In this document: in pieces, positions 1 to 9,800 of the stretch | Position numbering within the stretch: position 1 is the stretch's first letter | How the letters are laid out: each line of letters begins with the position of its first letter | Assembly: GCA_034530875.2 (NCBI GenBank) | Contig: JAVRCJ020000029.1 | Coordinates: forward strand, 29,910 to 93,909 | Reading direction: 5' to 3' | DNA length: 64,000 bases | Origin: Nostoc sp. DedSLP01 | Lineage (GTDB): Bacteria; Cyanobacteriota; Cyanobacteriia; Cyanobacteriales; Nostocaceae | Made by a program: the position numbers and the translations under genes | The notes under the pieces: generated by a model | Databases searched by the model: none | What the model was told of the DNA's origin: nothing | Seen by the model: only the letters and a program-made list of their open reading frames with translations

Positions 1-1975
1 CTTCACGATTAAAAGCAACCGACCAAATCCCACCGGAATGCCCGTATAAACTTGTTAGGCATTGACCAGTGTTAGTATCCCATAATTTTACTGTTTGGTC
101 TTCACTACCGCTGGCAAGTATGTGACCTTTATGACTAAAGGCAACTGACCAGATCCAACCTTTGTGTCCGTTGCAGGAGAGCAATTGTTTCCCACTTACA
201 ACCTGGTACAGACGAATTTCATTATTAGTGTCACCCGTAGCTAATAATTGTCCATCTGGGCTGAATGCTACGGAATGAATTCCTCCTAGTGTTTCAGCAA
301 AAACACACTTAGCTAAATCGGCGCGAGCAAAATTTACATTATGCAAATTCATACTTCGCATATCTGCTTGCCAAACAGTCAGATAAGAAAAATCATAGCC
401 ACTTAAATCTGTTTCTAAATAACAAAGCAAATTGAGAATATTGCCAGCCGTATATCCTGGTTCTAACGGCGACGTCTGTCGGAGTTTTGTTAAAATTTGA
501 GTTAATTGATTTTCAATGTTTTTTTTACTTCTTGAAACATTAAGCAACCCATCTATAACTGGTTTAACGATCAGGCGGATTTGAGTATCTTTAACATAAT
601 ATTTACCTGTCGCCTTCATGACAGCATGACGCCTGAATAAATCGATATTTTCAGTTACAATCTCTTCACAAACTTTTTCTATCAAGTTAGTAGTCACATA
701 TTCCATGACCACAGGCTGGAGCGTAAACAGCGATCCAGTTTTTTGACTGGGGGTAGGCGTAGCCTTTTCGATTAGAGATCGCCTCCCTAGCGATTCTATC
801 GCCTCTAGGAATTTGGCTTGTGGCACTGGCGATACAATATCTTCTCGCAATTCTTTTAGTGTAATTGGCTCGCGATTAATCGCGAGCCAGTACATTATGT
901 CCTTTTCTAAATCTGACAAACGCTCAAACTGCTGCTCTAAAACATCACGAATGTCGCCAAAAACAGCCGTGTCTTGTTGTAAAAATTCACTCACATTACC
1001 ATCAAAAATATCTTGAATGGTAGTGGCAACTATCTTCAATGCTAATGGATTGCCTGCATAGCGTTCGATCGTGGCTTGCAATTCATCTTCTACCGCAGAC
1101 AAACCTTTGAGTTTTAAGATTTCTTGCGCTTCTAGTGCTTTTAAACCACTTAGTGATAAAGAGCGAACAGGTAGCGCTTCTCCTTCTAGCAGTGCTATTT
1201 CTTTAGGTTTTTCCCTACTAGTAAGCAGTAAGCAACTTTGGTGAGTTGTTTCTCCTACCCGCCTTAAAAGTTCGCCATATTCTTCATATCCTTGGCGATA
1301 AATTCCGGCGCGGCTACCACTGCGGAGAATTGATTCTGCATTATCAAGTATTAATAAGCAACGATTATTTTGTAAATAATCGAGTAGCCGCGATACGCGA
1401 TCGCTAAAACTGTCTGGTAAATTACCTTCTGTTTCTCGTTCGTCAGAGAGAAATTGAATTAAGTTACCGAGAATAATTTTAACAGGCGGGGCTTCTCGTA
1501 GCGATCGCCAGATTACATACTCAAAGTTCTCCTGAATCTGTTGAGCAAACTTTACAGACAGTGCGGTTTTCCCAATACCTCCTATTCCCAATACTGTTAT
1601 TAATCGGCACTGTTCCTCAAGAATCCATTGTTCTAACGCAATCAGTTCTTCTGCACGTCCATAAAAAACTGATGTAAAGATAGCTTCTCCCCAATCGACA
1701 CGATTAATTGAGCTTGAATAATCACTTTTATCTATTTTTAACGAAAAAGCTGAAAACAGCTTCTCGATAGTCTGTTTATCAACCCCTCCTTCACGATTCA
1801 ATACTTTCGAGATCGTAGCGGAATATAATCCCGAACGTGCGCTCATTTCTTCGAGAGTATATCTGTTTCCAAAATTTTCTTTTGCTTCGGACTGATGCTT
1901 TGCTTCCTTGATTTTCTGCAAACCCTTGGTAGTCAGTGCAACGCCACGCTTGCGTCTCCAATTCTGTAAAGTCAT
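1..1975 (-). CDS. HTH - NB-ARC (STAND) - pentapeptide - WD40 protein, 5' part only (runs off the left edge)
   Basis: Absent from the ORF track. Manual translation from ATG at 1975: MTLQNWRRKRGVALTTKGLQKIK...RYTLEEMSARSGLYSATISKVLNREGGVDK (HTH-like), DWGEA..FYGR, Walker A GIGGIGKT, LLILDNAE, GNPLAL, then WD40 repeats (SVAFSPDG, GHKGWIWSVAFS). Confidence 0.9.
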   Translation of the reverse strand, partial: MTLQNWRRKRGVALTTKGLQKIKEAKHQSEAKENFGNRYTLEEMSARSGLYSATISKVLNREGGVDKQTIEKLFSAFSLKIDKSDYSSSINRVDWGEAIFTSVFYGRAEELIALEQWILEEQCRLITVLGIGGIGKTALSVKFAQQIQENFEYVIWRSLREAPPVKIILGNLIQFLSDERETEGNLPDSFSDRVSRLLDYLQNNRCLLILDNAESILRSGSRAGIYRQGYEEYGELLRRVGETTHQSCLLLTSREKPKEIALLEGEALPVRSLSLSGLKALEAQEILKLKGLSAVEDELQATIERYAGNPLALKIVATTIQDIFDGNVSEFLQQDTAVFGDIRDVLEQQFERLSDLEKDIMYWLAINREPITLKELREDIVSPVPQAKFLEAIESLGRRSLIEKATPTPSQKTGSLFTLQPVVMEYVTTNLIEKVCEEIVTENIDLFRRHAVMKATGKYYVKDTQIRLIVKPVIDGLLNVSRSKKNIENQLTQILTKLRQTSPLEPGYTAGNILNLLCYLETDLSGYDFSYLTVWQADMRSMNLHNVNFARADLAKCVFAETLGGIHSVAFSPDGQLLATGDTNNEIRLYQVVSGKQLLSCNGHKGWIWSVAFSHKGHILASGSEDQTVKLWDTNTGQCLTSLYGHSGGIWSVAFNRE

Positions 1976-2375
1976 GTATTAACTCACCGTTTGCATAATC
2001 GCCTGTGACTACAAAGAATTATCTATCAGGTTGCTGTAGATATGCAGTGATACTTATAACAAAGGAATAATCTTATGTTACAGAAGATTCACAAAAACTG
2101 TAAAGCCAAAATCTTCAACGCTCAAAGCTTACATTGGGAAATTCAATGGTTTCTATAAGTCAACAGCCTTTATGCTCAATAGACAATCTAATACACCAGT
2201 TTTCATTTACATAAAGTACAAAGTTACGGGTTTTGAGGCAGGAGGCAGAAGGTAAAAACCAGTTGACCAGAGGATTTTAAAGATTGACATTTTACATTTA
2301 ATTATGTCTACCTACTTAATACTCAGTTAAAGTTCAAGGTATTTGCAGTAGATGCTTTTTTGCGCTAACAACAAA

Positions 2376-2735
2376 TTAAGCGAACTCAACATACTCAACA
2401 ATTGTGCCATCAGGATGCATGGCTCGCATATTAGCTCCAGTGGGGACTTTGTTTGGTTCCGTGAGAATGACTGCGCCTTGCTGAGTCAGTGCTTCTCGAA
2501 AATCATTGAGTGAGTCAACGAGAAATGTAGCGTGTGTATTTTTAAATGGAGAGAGTGCTTCGGCTGAACCGGCAATCAAAAGAATAGAACCAACACCAGC
2601 CAGTTCTAACTCAGTGTCGGAATATTGAAACCACAACCAGCATTTTTCTGTAAAGAGGTTTTCATAGAAAGCGATCGCCTCATCCAAGTCTATAGGACTA
2701 AGATAGACTCTAGTTAGTACTTTAAGAATTTGCAT
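2376..2735 (-). CDS. VOC / glyoxalase-bleomycin resistance family protein
   Basis: 119 aa; DLDEAIAFYENLF and HPDGTIVEYVE are VOC-fold motifs. Confidence 0.8.
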   Translation of the reverse strand: MQILKVLTRVYLSPIDLDEAIAFYENLFTEKCWLWFQYSDTELELAGVGSILLIAGSAEALSPFKNTHATFLVDSLNDFREALTQQGAVILTEPNKVPTGANMRAMHPDGTIVEYVEFA

Positions 2736-2986
2736 TGCAACCTATTAGGCAGCTATTGTATTCGAGCGTGCTACAGAATTCGGGTATTTTCCACCCAAAT
2801 GACTACCTTGGAAACCTGTCCAACGCAGTGGCCATTTTCAGTGCTGAATTGTTACTTTTGAAAAAGGGCTTCAATGTTTTTACCTAGCTCAAAATAAGTT
2901 AATCGCGCTCACTCAAAATGCATTTCATTTCTACACCTTTTGCCCCACTTCAGTCATCTGTATAGTTATTACGAATATATATACCT

Positions 2987-3008
2987 AATTAAGTATCAGT
3001 ACTTAATT
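2987..3008. promoter_or_regulatory. Palindrome AATTAAGTA-tcag-TACTTAATT, candidate operator
   Basis: Perfect 9-bp arms upstream of the VOC and NB-ARC genes. Confidence 0.35.
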
Positions 3009-3215
3009 GCAGTAGCGATCGCGATCGTCTGCCCAATACTTCGGCATCAACCTTGATGATACAGAAATCAAAGCGTCAGTAATTATAACTAAAAATTAAA
3101 TATTGTGTTACTGGTAAATGTAGCTGACTTTTACATAGCAGTATAAACATGTTTAAGTGGCATACAAAATTTTCGATTTTGTAGTCTACAATTATTAGCT
3201 ATTTTAAATTACCTA

Positions 3216-4073
3216 CTAATTGATTTTAGATTCTGGATTTTTTAATATCTTAATAAATTTATTTAAAATTGTTTTATATTTGTCTCCAGCTACAGCTAAC
3301 AAATCATTATGACTAGCCCGATCGACCCAGAAAGAAAGTTTTGGCGATGATGCAGCAGCGAATAACTTTTCTCCATGAGAGAATGGAATTACTTCATCAG
3401 ATTTACCATGTACTACTAATATAGGACAGTTAACATTTTTAATTTTGTCAATATTAGAGAATTTATCAAAAGGTAAAATCCGAAACGGTACTATAACTTG
3501 AAACGCGGAAATAAAAGTGCTTTCAATAATTAAACCTGCTACTGGTTTTTTAGCTGCTAAATTTACAGCGGAACCACCGCCAACAGAACGCCCCCAAACT
3601 ATAATTTTTTTTGGTGATATTTTTAAGTGTTGTGTCAAGTAGTTGTAGGCAGTATCAATATCCTGATAAGCATTGTTTTCTGTTGGCGTACCTTCGCTTG
3701 TGCCATAACCACGATAGTCATAAGAGAAAACACTAAAACCCCAAGCATATAATTGCTCTAGAGTTTGTTTGATATTACCTAAATCTTCGGCATTTCCGTG
3801 AGCGTAAAGAATAGTATATTCAGCTTGGGAGTTCAACAAATATGTAGCTGAAATTTTTGTATTATTATCGCTTGCTAATTTAAGAATTTTTTGATTGTCT
3901 TGATAACTAGATGGTTGGGGCAGGAAAATCATACTGTCTGCTCGAAAATAGACAAATCCCGCAAAAAATATATAAAGAAAAAGGCAAGATTTAATCAATC
4001 TCTGCCAACTCAAATCGCCGATTATTATTTTGAGCAATTGTTTTTTATCTATATTTATTTTTTGGTTAGACAT
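3216..4073 (-). CDS. alpha/beta hydrolase (ABHD17/BEM46-like) with N-terminal TM helix
   Basis: HGNAEDLG, YDYRGYG, GRSVGG nucleophile elbow, HGKSDEVI, ASHND; ATG at 4073 preferred to the track start at 4085. Confidence 0.85.
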   Translation of the reverse strand: MSNQKINIDKKQLLKIIIGDLSWQRLIKSCLFLYIFFAGFVYFRADSMIFLPQPSSYQDNQKILKLASDNNTKISATYLLNSQAEYTILYAHGNAEDLGNIKQTLEQLYAWGFSVFSYDYRGYGTSEGTPTENNAYQDIDTAYNYLTQHLKISPKKIIVWGRSVGGGSAVNLAAKKPVAGLIIESTFISAFQVIVPFRILPFDKFSNIDKIKNVNCPILVVHGKSDEVIPFSHGEKLFAAASSPKLSFWVDRASHNDLLAVAGDKYKTILNKFIKILKNPESKIN

Positions 4074-4116
4074 GTGTGTTAGCAACTATGAAATAGCTGA
4101 ATATAGAGAAATATTC

Positions 4117-4278
4117 GATTTTGGAACTTACTTGCTACCGACAGGGAGGAGTTACGGCGGTCTTGGAAAGACAAGACCCCCAAGAGGTAATAACTTATTT
4201 ACATCTTTCCCAATTGTTGAGTCAGGTTAACAGATGTGGTATGGAGTAGCGACTGAGGCAAGCTAGACCATCGCAGTG
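4117..4278. other. Candidate structured RNA element containing a possible 28-aa small ORF (4163-4249, + strand)
   Basis: GC-richer patch in an AT-rich spacer, several complementary segments, AGGGAGGAG followed by TTG. Confidence 0.35.
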
Positions 4279-4384
4279 AATACGAAGCATGAGAATATTT
4301 TGGCGATCGCTCATACTTGCAACATAAAACTTAAAATATGTTTATTATCCTTTAAAATCATTTGCAGAGATTTAGGTACGATAT

Positions 4385-4786
4385 ATGGCTGATATTGTTG
4401 ATATTGCAGTTAGTGACGACTCTTTCAAAACGTTAGTAGCAGCTGTAAAAGCTGCTGGTTTAGTAGAAACATTAAAAAGCCCCGGCCCCTTCACCGTCTT
4501 TGCCCCAACTGACGATGCTTTTGCCAAGTTACCACCCGGAACCATTCAAACTCTGTTGCAAAATATTCCGCAGCTAACGCGAATTTTAAAATATCATGTC
4601 GTTTCCGGCAAGCTGTTACAGAATGATTTAGCAGAACTCGGTACCGTGAATTCTGTGGAAGGTTCGCCTATTAAAATTAGTTCTGCTGATGCTTTTGAAG
4701 TTAAAAATGCCACAGTTTTGGCAGCAAATATCGAAGCTGATAATGGTGTAATTCACGTTATCGATACAGTGATTTTGCCTGGTTAA
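4385..4786 (+). CDS. Fasciclin (FAS1) domain protein
   Basis: [38 protein letters not shown]. Confidence 0.95.
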   Translation: MADIVDIAVSDDSFKTLVAAVKAAGLVETLKSPGPFTVFAPTDDAFAKLPPGTIQTLLQNIPQLTRILKYHVVSGKLLQNDLAELGTVNSVEGSPIKISSADAFEVKNATVLAANIEADNGVIHVIDTVILPG

Positions 4787-4792
4787 TTCAGT

Positions 4793-4816
4793 CAGGGTGG
4801 GCGTTTTCCACCCTAC
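4793..4816. repeat. GTAG-type REP-like hairpin / terminator
   Basis: AGGGTGG-gcgtttt-CCACCCT-AC just after the fasciclin stop. Confidence 0.5.
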
Positions 4817-5107
4817 TTACGCCAAATTTTGAGTATTCATTAGTATTTATTATTGATAGTATCAAAACTGAATTTAATTATTTAATTTATGTTAAATTTT
4901 CAATTTTATTACTCTCGATATATGCTAAGGTAAATTGAGTTATTTAGAAATAGATTACATTAATTTACAGGTTATATCAAAACTATCAGGCCTAAAAAGT
5001 CGCCTTTTAAGGCGAAAAGTTTTTGGAATGGCGTATAAATAAATCCTCGTTACAAAAACGGCCTCCTGCCTTCGTAAAAGGTTTCTAACATTATCCCCAG
5101 GATCTTA

Positions 5108-5443
5108 ATGTTCGATTTCAACAGCTTAACTGAATTCTCTCGCAACAACTGCGTAGCTATTTGTACATTTCTTGTACCAGCAAATTTGCTGTTTACAATT
5201 TTGACAATGGTTCTAACAGCATTACGTCGCCCATCGCATCAAATCTGGCAATCAGCTGCGATCGCTAGTTTTTTCGCTTCCGTGATGATTTTGCACGTAT
5301 ATACTTGGTTTATGATTGGCGTGGTGATGGCTCCCACTTATATCTTGATGTCATTAGCAATTAGCTGTTTGCTGACTAATTCCGCAGCAATTCTCGTTCA
5401 CAGACGCTACGCTCACACTCCAAATCTTTCCAACAACGCCTGA
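5108..5443 (+). CDS. Small cyanobacterial membrane protein (3 TM)
   Basis: 111 aa with three hydrophobic segments. Confidence 0.75.
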   Translation: MFDFNSLTEFSRNNCVAICTFLVPANLLFTILTMVLTALRRPSHQIWQSAAIASFFASVMILHVYTWFMIGVVMAPTYILMSLAISCLLTNSAAILVHRRYAHTPNLSNNA

Positions 5444-5483
5444 TACTTTATCGTCATTTGTCGTTTGTGAATAAAATAATAAC

Positions 5484-5514
5484 CAATGACCAATGACTAA
5501 TGACTAATGACTAA
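5484..5514. repeat. STRR heptamer tandem (AATGACY)n
   Basis: caatgac caatgac taatgac taatgac taa, overlapping the next start codon; similar tracts at ~47391-47415 and ~59289-59310. Confidence 0.8.
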
Positions 5515-5923
5515 AGCAATTGTTTGGGTGCATGGAGACTGCCTTAGTCCCTACAATCCTGCGTTACAAGAATACCCAGATGCGATCGCCATCTGGGTTT
5601 GGGATGAGGCTTTAATAGAAGAATGGCAATTGAGCCTCAAACGCTTGACGTTTATTTATGAGTGTTTGCTAGAGTTACCTGTTGTCATTCGGCGTGGGGA
5701 TGTAGCGCAAGAAGTTCTAGCTTTTGCCAAGGAACAGAAAGCAGATTTAGTAGTGACAACAGACAGTCCCAGTCCCCGGTTTGATGATATCTGCAATCAA
5801 ATTGAGCGTTCCATAAAACTCGAAGTGCTAGAGGTGGAACCATTTTTTGATTATGATGGCTATATCGATCTAAAGCGGTTTTCCAGATATTGGAAAGTGG
5901 CTCAAAATTACGTTTTTGAGTAA
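5507..5923 (+). CDS. Stand-alone photolyase N-terminal (alpha/beta) domain-like protein
   Basis: IVWVHGDCLSP.NPAL, KRLTFIYECLLEL, RRGDV, LKRFSRYW resemble the photolyase antenna domain; no FAD domain. Confidence 0.7.
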   Translation: MTKAIVWVHGDCLSPYNPALQEYPDAIAIWVWDEALIEEWQLSLKRLTFIYECLLELPVVIRRGDVAQEVLAFAKEQKADLVVTTDSPSPRFDDICNQIERSIKLEVLEVEPFFDYDGYIDLKRFSRYWKVAQNYVFE

Positions 5924-5938
5924 GTCACGCAAGTTTAA

Positions 5939-6015
5939 TATCATGTCTGGCTAAAGACTTCTCATTAAGACCGACGCGGGGAGTTTTTTTGCTCGTTCGT
6001 TAGGCGGACATAATA
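5939..6015. mobile_element. Short MITE-like element with TA-bounded imperfect TIRs
   Basis: Left TATCATGTCTGGCTAA vs reverse complement of right TATTATGTCCGCCTAA (13/16). Confidence 0.55.
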
Positions 6016-6176
6016 TAACTCGCCCCACGGCTGCGAAAACATCACTTATCTAATGACACGCTTTGCTAAGGCTCGTTTTCTTTAATTGCCGTGGGATTTC
6101 GAGTCAAAAACTAAATACACAAACTATTCTAATTCTCAATTCTGACTCCTGAATTCTTAATTCTGACTTTGATTGA

Positions 6177-6452
6177 TTATTCTTGTGTTTTTGCTGGTTG
6201 AGCATCTTCAACAGAACTGGCAATTGCAAACTCCGCAGATGGGGTAGTTGAATCTAATTGGGGGCGATCGAGGGATGCTTCGATTGTGGGATCGTTGAAA
6301 TAGGAACCAACAATCTGGTCGTAGTTAGAAGCAACAGCTAAAAATGCCCCACCTAAAATATAGATAGGCAATGGCAAGTTAAATTTTTGCAACCAGTCAA
6401 AAAATTCTGCCAAGGCAAACAGTACGAAAAAGCAGGCAAGCCAAACTCTCAT
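6177..6452 (-). CDS. Small membrane protein (2 TM)
   Basis: MRVWLACFFVLFALAEFFDW...LPLPIYILGGAFLAVASNY; ATG at 6452. Confidence 0.75.
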   Translation of the reverse strand: MRVWLACFFVLFALAEFFDWLQKFNLPLPIYILGGAFLAVASNYDQIVGSYFNDPTIEASLDRPQLDSTTPSAEFAIASSVEDAQPAKTQE

Positions 6453-6838
6453 TTTTTCATCTCTTGGATTCAAATAACTCTATTATTAGCCCAAATAGCC
6501 TGCACCAAGCTTAATGTATTAGACTATAACTGTCCCAGAATCTCTACAATCCAGATAGAGGCAGTAAAAATTATACAAAAATCAAATTAGTTTGGTGCAA
6601 AATTAAGCTATTTTTGAGGCAAGAAGCAAAAAATAGTAGGGTATTTATACTTTCCTGATTGATTTGGCAATTTTCCATTCGCTGCCTCTGCTATAAATAT
6701 AAAAATATATTTAAGATTATATTTTCACGCTGAAAACTGACAACGACGCTAGGAGTTTCGTTTCACAGTATAAACCTATGGGGAGAAGCTGGTGAGGCGT
6801 TTTTAGCCCAATACTTTCAAACATGAGGAGCAGAAACT

Positions 6839-9800
6839 GTGACTGCTGAAATTCAGGCAATTATCCCCGAAAATGTTGAAGAAATCTTAGCTCACCTCAG
6901 CGATGCTTTTTTCATCTTGGATCGTGAATGGCGCTATACGTATGTGAATGAAAAGCTAGTTCAACTAGCTCAGATGAAAAAAGAAGATTTCTTAGGTAAG
7001 AGGATTTGGGATTTATTTCCAAATACAGTTAATACCATACTCTACACTGAGTTGCATCGCGCTGTTGCCGAACAAATTAGAGTAAATTTTGAGTATTTAG
7101 ACCCAACATGGCATTGTTGGTTAGAAAACCGGGTCTATCCTGAGGAAAATAGCGTATCAATATTAATTACAGATATTACTGAAGAAAAACGCAACCAACA
7201 GCTTTTATTGGCACACCATAAAGTTACCCAGATTCTAGCTGAGTCTACTAACTTTGCTAATGCTATTCCCCGGCTGATACAATCTTTGTGCGAAACTTTA
7301 GGATGGCAAGTCGGAATTTTCTGGAGTGTAGACCAAGAAAATAATGTTCTACATCGCCTCAGTAGTTGGCATTCATCGGATTTGAACGTAGAAAATTCTC
7401 GGGTATTTAACCAGCCTGCAACTCTTGCTCTGGGGGAAGGTTTAGCCGGTCAAGCTTGGGCAAACGGTCAACCTGTTTGGATTTGCAAACTCGATCGCGA
7501 TGAGAATTTTTTTCCCGCCGCCATTGAATTGCCGATCGCCGTGGGTAATAAAATTTTAGGGGCGATGGAATTTTTCACCAACGAAATTTTACTGCCTGAC
7601 TTAGATTTACTCCAGAAGATGAGTGCGATCGCCACTCAAATCGGTCAGTTCATCGAACAGCAGCGAATTAAGTCATTATTGCAAGCAACACAGGAAACAT
7701 CTCGGCGAATTTTGGCAGGTGGTAATGTTGAAATTTTCCATCAAGATTTTGTCCTGGCGAACAATTTAACTGATGACTTCAACACCCAAGAGGTGATGGG
7801 TTTGCAGCAGTGTTTGACAGAACAGCAAACTGTACTGCGCCATCGACACCTCGTAGAAGAAAACCTGCGTTACAGCGAAGCACGCTACCATTCTCTAGCA
7901 CAAGCAAGCGCATCAATTATCTGGAGAACTGCACCTTGGGGTAATGTTGTTGACGAGATTCCTAATTGGCAGACATTTACCGGGCAAACTCTTGAAGAAT
8001 ACAAAGGCTGGGGTTGGGTGAATGCCCTGCACCCAGAAGATAGGACATCGGTAGTTGCAATCTGGAGACAGGCTTTTTATGGACGCAAAGTTGCATTTGC
8101 AGAATATCGCGTCCGACGTCATGATGGCGAATACCGTTACATGGCTATACGTAGCGTACCCATACTCAATGAAACAGAGGAAATCATCGAATGGGTAGGA
8201 ATGTGTGTAGATATTACCGAACGCAAGCAAGCAGAATCAGAACGCGAACAACTCCTGACGCTAATCAAAACAGAACAGAATCGCTTGTTAGAAGTTAACG
8301 TGCTGCTTGATACCATTTTTAATAACGCACCCATCGGGATTGGGGTATGGGATGAAAAATTAAGATACGTCCGCTTGAATCAGGCTTTAGCTGAAATCAA
8401 CGGTCTGTCCCAAGAGGCACATATAGGTAAGACAGTTGCAGAATTGCTACCAGGAATCCATGCGGAAGTTACGGAAGCTTTCCGTCATGTTGTCGAAACT
8501 GGAGAATCTATTTCTCAAGAAACCAGCGGCGAAACGCCCGCTGCCCCTGGAAAGCAGCGATATTGGTCGGTAAATTACTATCCGATTCACCTACCCGGTA
8601 ATATTACTTGGGTGGGCGCAATTTGTGAAGAAATTACCGAACGCAAGCAAGCAGAAGCCGAACGTGAGGAACTACTTCAGCGCGAATATCTAGCTCGCGT
8701 TGAAGCTGAGAACGCTAAAGAGCAAATTACTACAATTTTGCAGAGTATTGCTGATGGGTTTCTGGCCTTTGACACAGAGTGGCGCTTCACCTACCTCAAT
8801 CATGAAGGAAGTAGAACTCTTGGGCGTTCCCGTGAAGATTTGCTGGGAAAAAATTTATGGCAAGAGTTTCCAGAATTGGCTGATACTAGTTTTGGTCAGC
8901 TTTATCAAAGTGCAGTTGCTTTGGGAGTGCCGCTGGAGTTAGAAGATTATTATCCGCCTTTTAATGCTTGGTTTGCCGTCCGCGCCTATCCTTCGTCCAC
9001 AGGACTATCGCTATATTTCCGTAATATTAATGTCCGCAAAAGGGCAGAAGCAGCATTAACAGAGAGTGAAGCGCGTTTTCGGCTGTTGGCGGAGAATTCT
9101 ACTGATATTATTTCACGTACTACAGTAGATGGAATTTTTCTCTATCTTTCACCAGCTTGTTACACAGTACTAGGGTATCAGCCAGAAGAACTAGTGGGTC
9201 GTGATGGCGGCGAGTTAGTTCACCCAGAGGATTTGGCTGAAATTTCCCAGAATTACCCCATAAATGCTGACTTACCAGATATTTATACCATTACTTATCG
9301 CACTTGTCACAAACACGGACATTATATCTGGCTAGAAACAACTGTGCGAGCGATTCGCGATCGCCAAACTCAAGAAATTTTAGAAATGCAAGCCTCTTCG
9401 CGGGATATTACCGAGCGCAAGCAAGTGGAAGATAAACAGCGCTTTTTGGCTGGGGCTAGCGAAATTTTGGCTGCATCGTTGGATTACGAAACAACCTTGG
9501 CAACCTTGGCGCGTTTAGCAGTACCCACAATTGCCGATTGGTGCGTAGTCGATATGATTGGTGAGGATAAATCAATTCATCGAGTTGCAATTGCCCATGC
9601 CGATCCCGCAAAACAAGAATTAATAGAACAGTTACAAAATTACCCGCCCGATTTATCGCAAACACAAGGTGTCGCTGAGGTTATACGTTCGGGCAAATCA
9701 CTAATTATTAACTTTGTTTCTCAAGAACAGATCCAAGCCGTAACCTCAAATCCCATTCACCTGAAAATCTTACAACAGTTAAATCCTCAGTCTGGAATGT

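Noticed and set aside
813..1016. 67-aa plus-strand ORF
   Set aside because: It is an antisense shadow of the NB-ARC gene.
4117..4278. 6S RNA, SRP, tmRNA, RNase P or a known riboswitch
   Set aside because: I could not find their diagnostic motifs, so it is kept only as an unnamed candidate.
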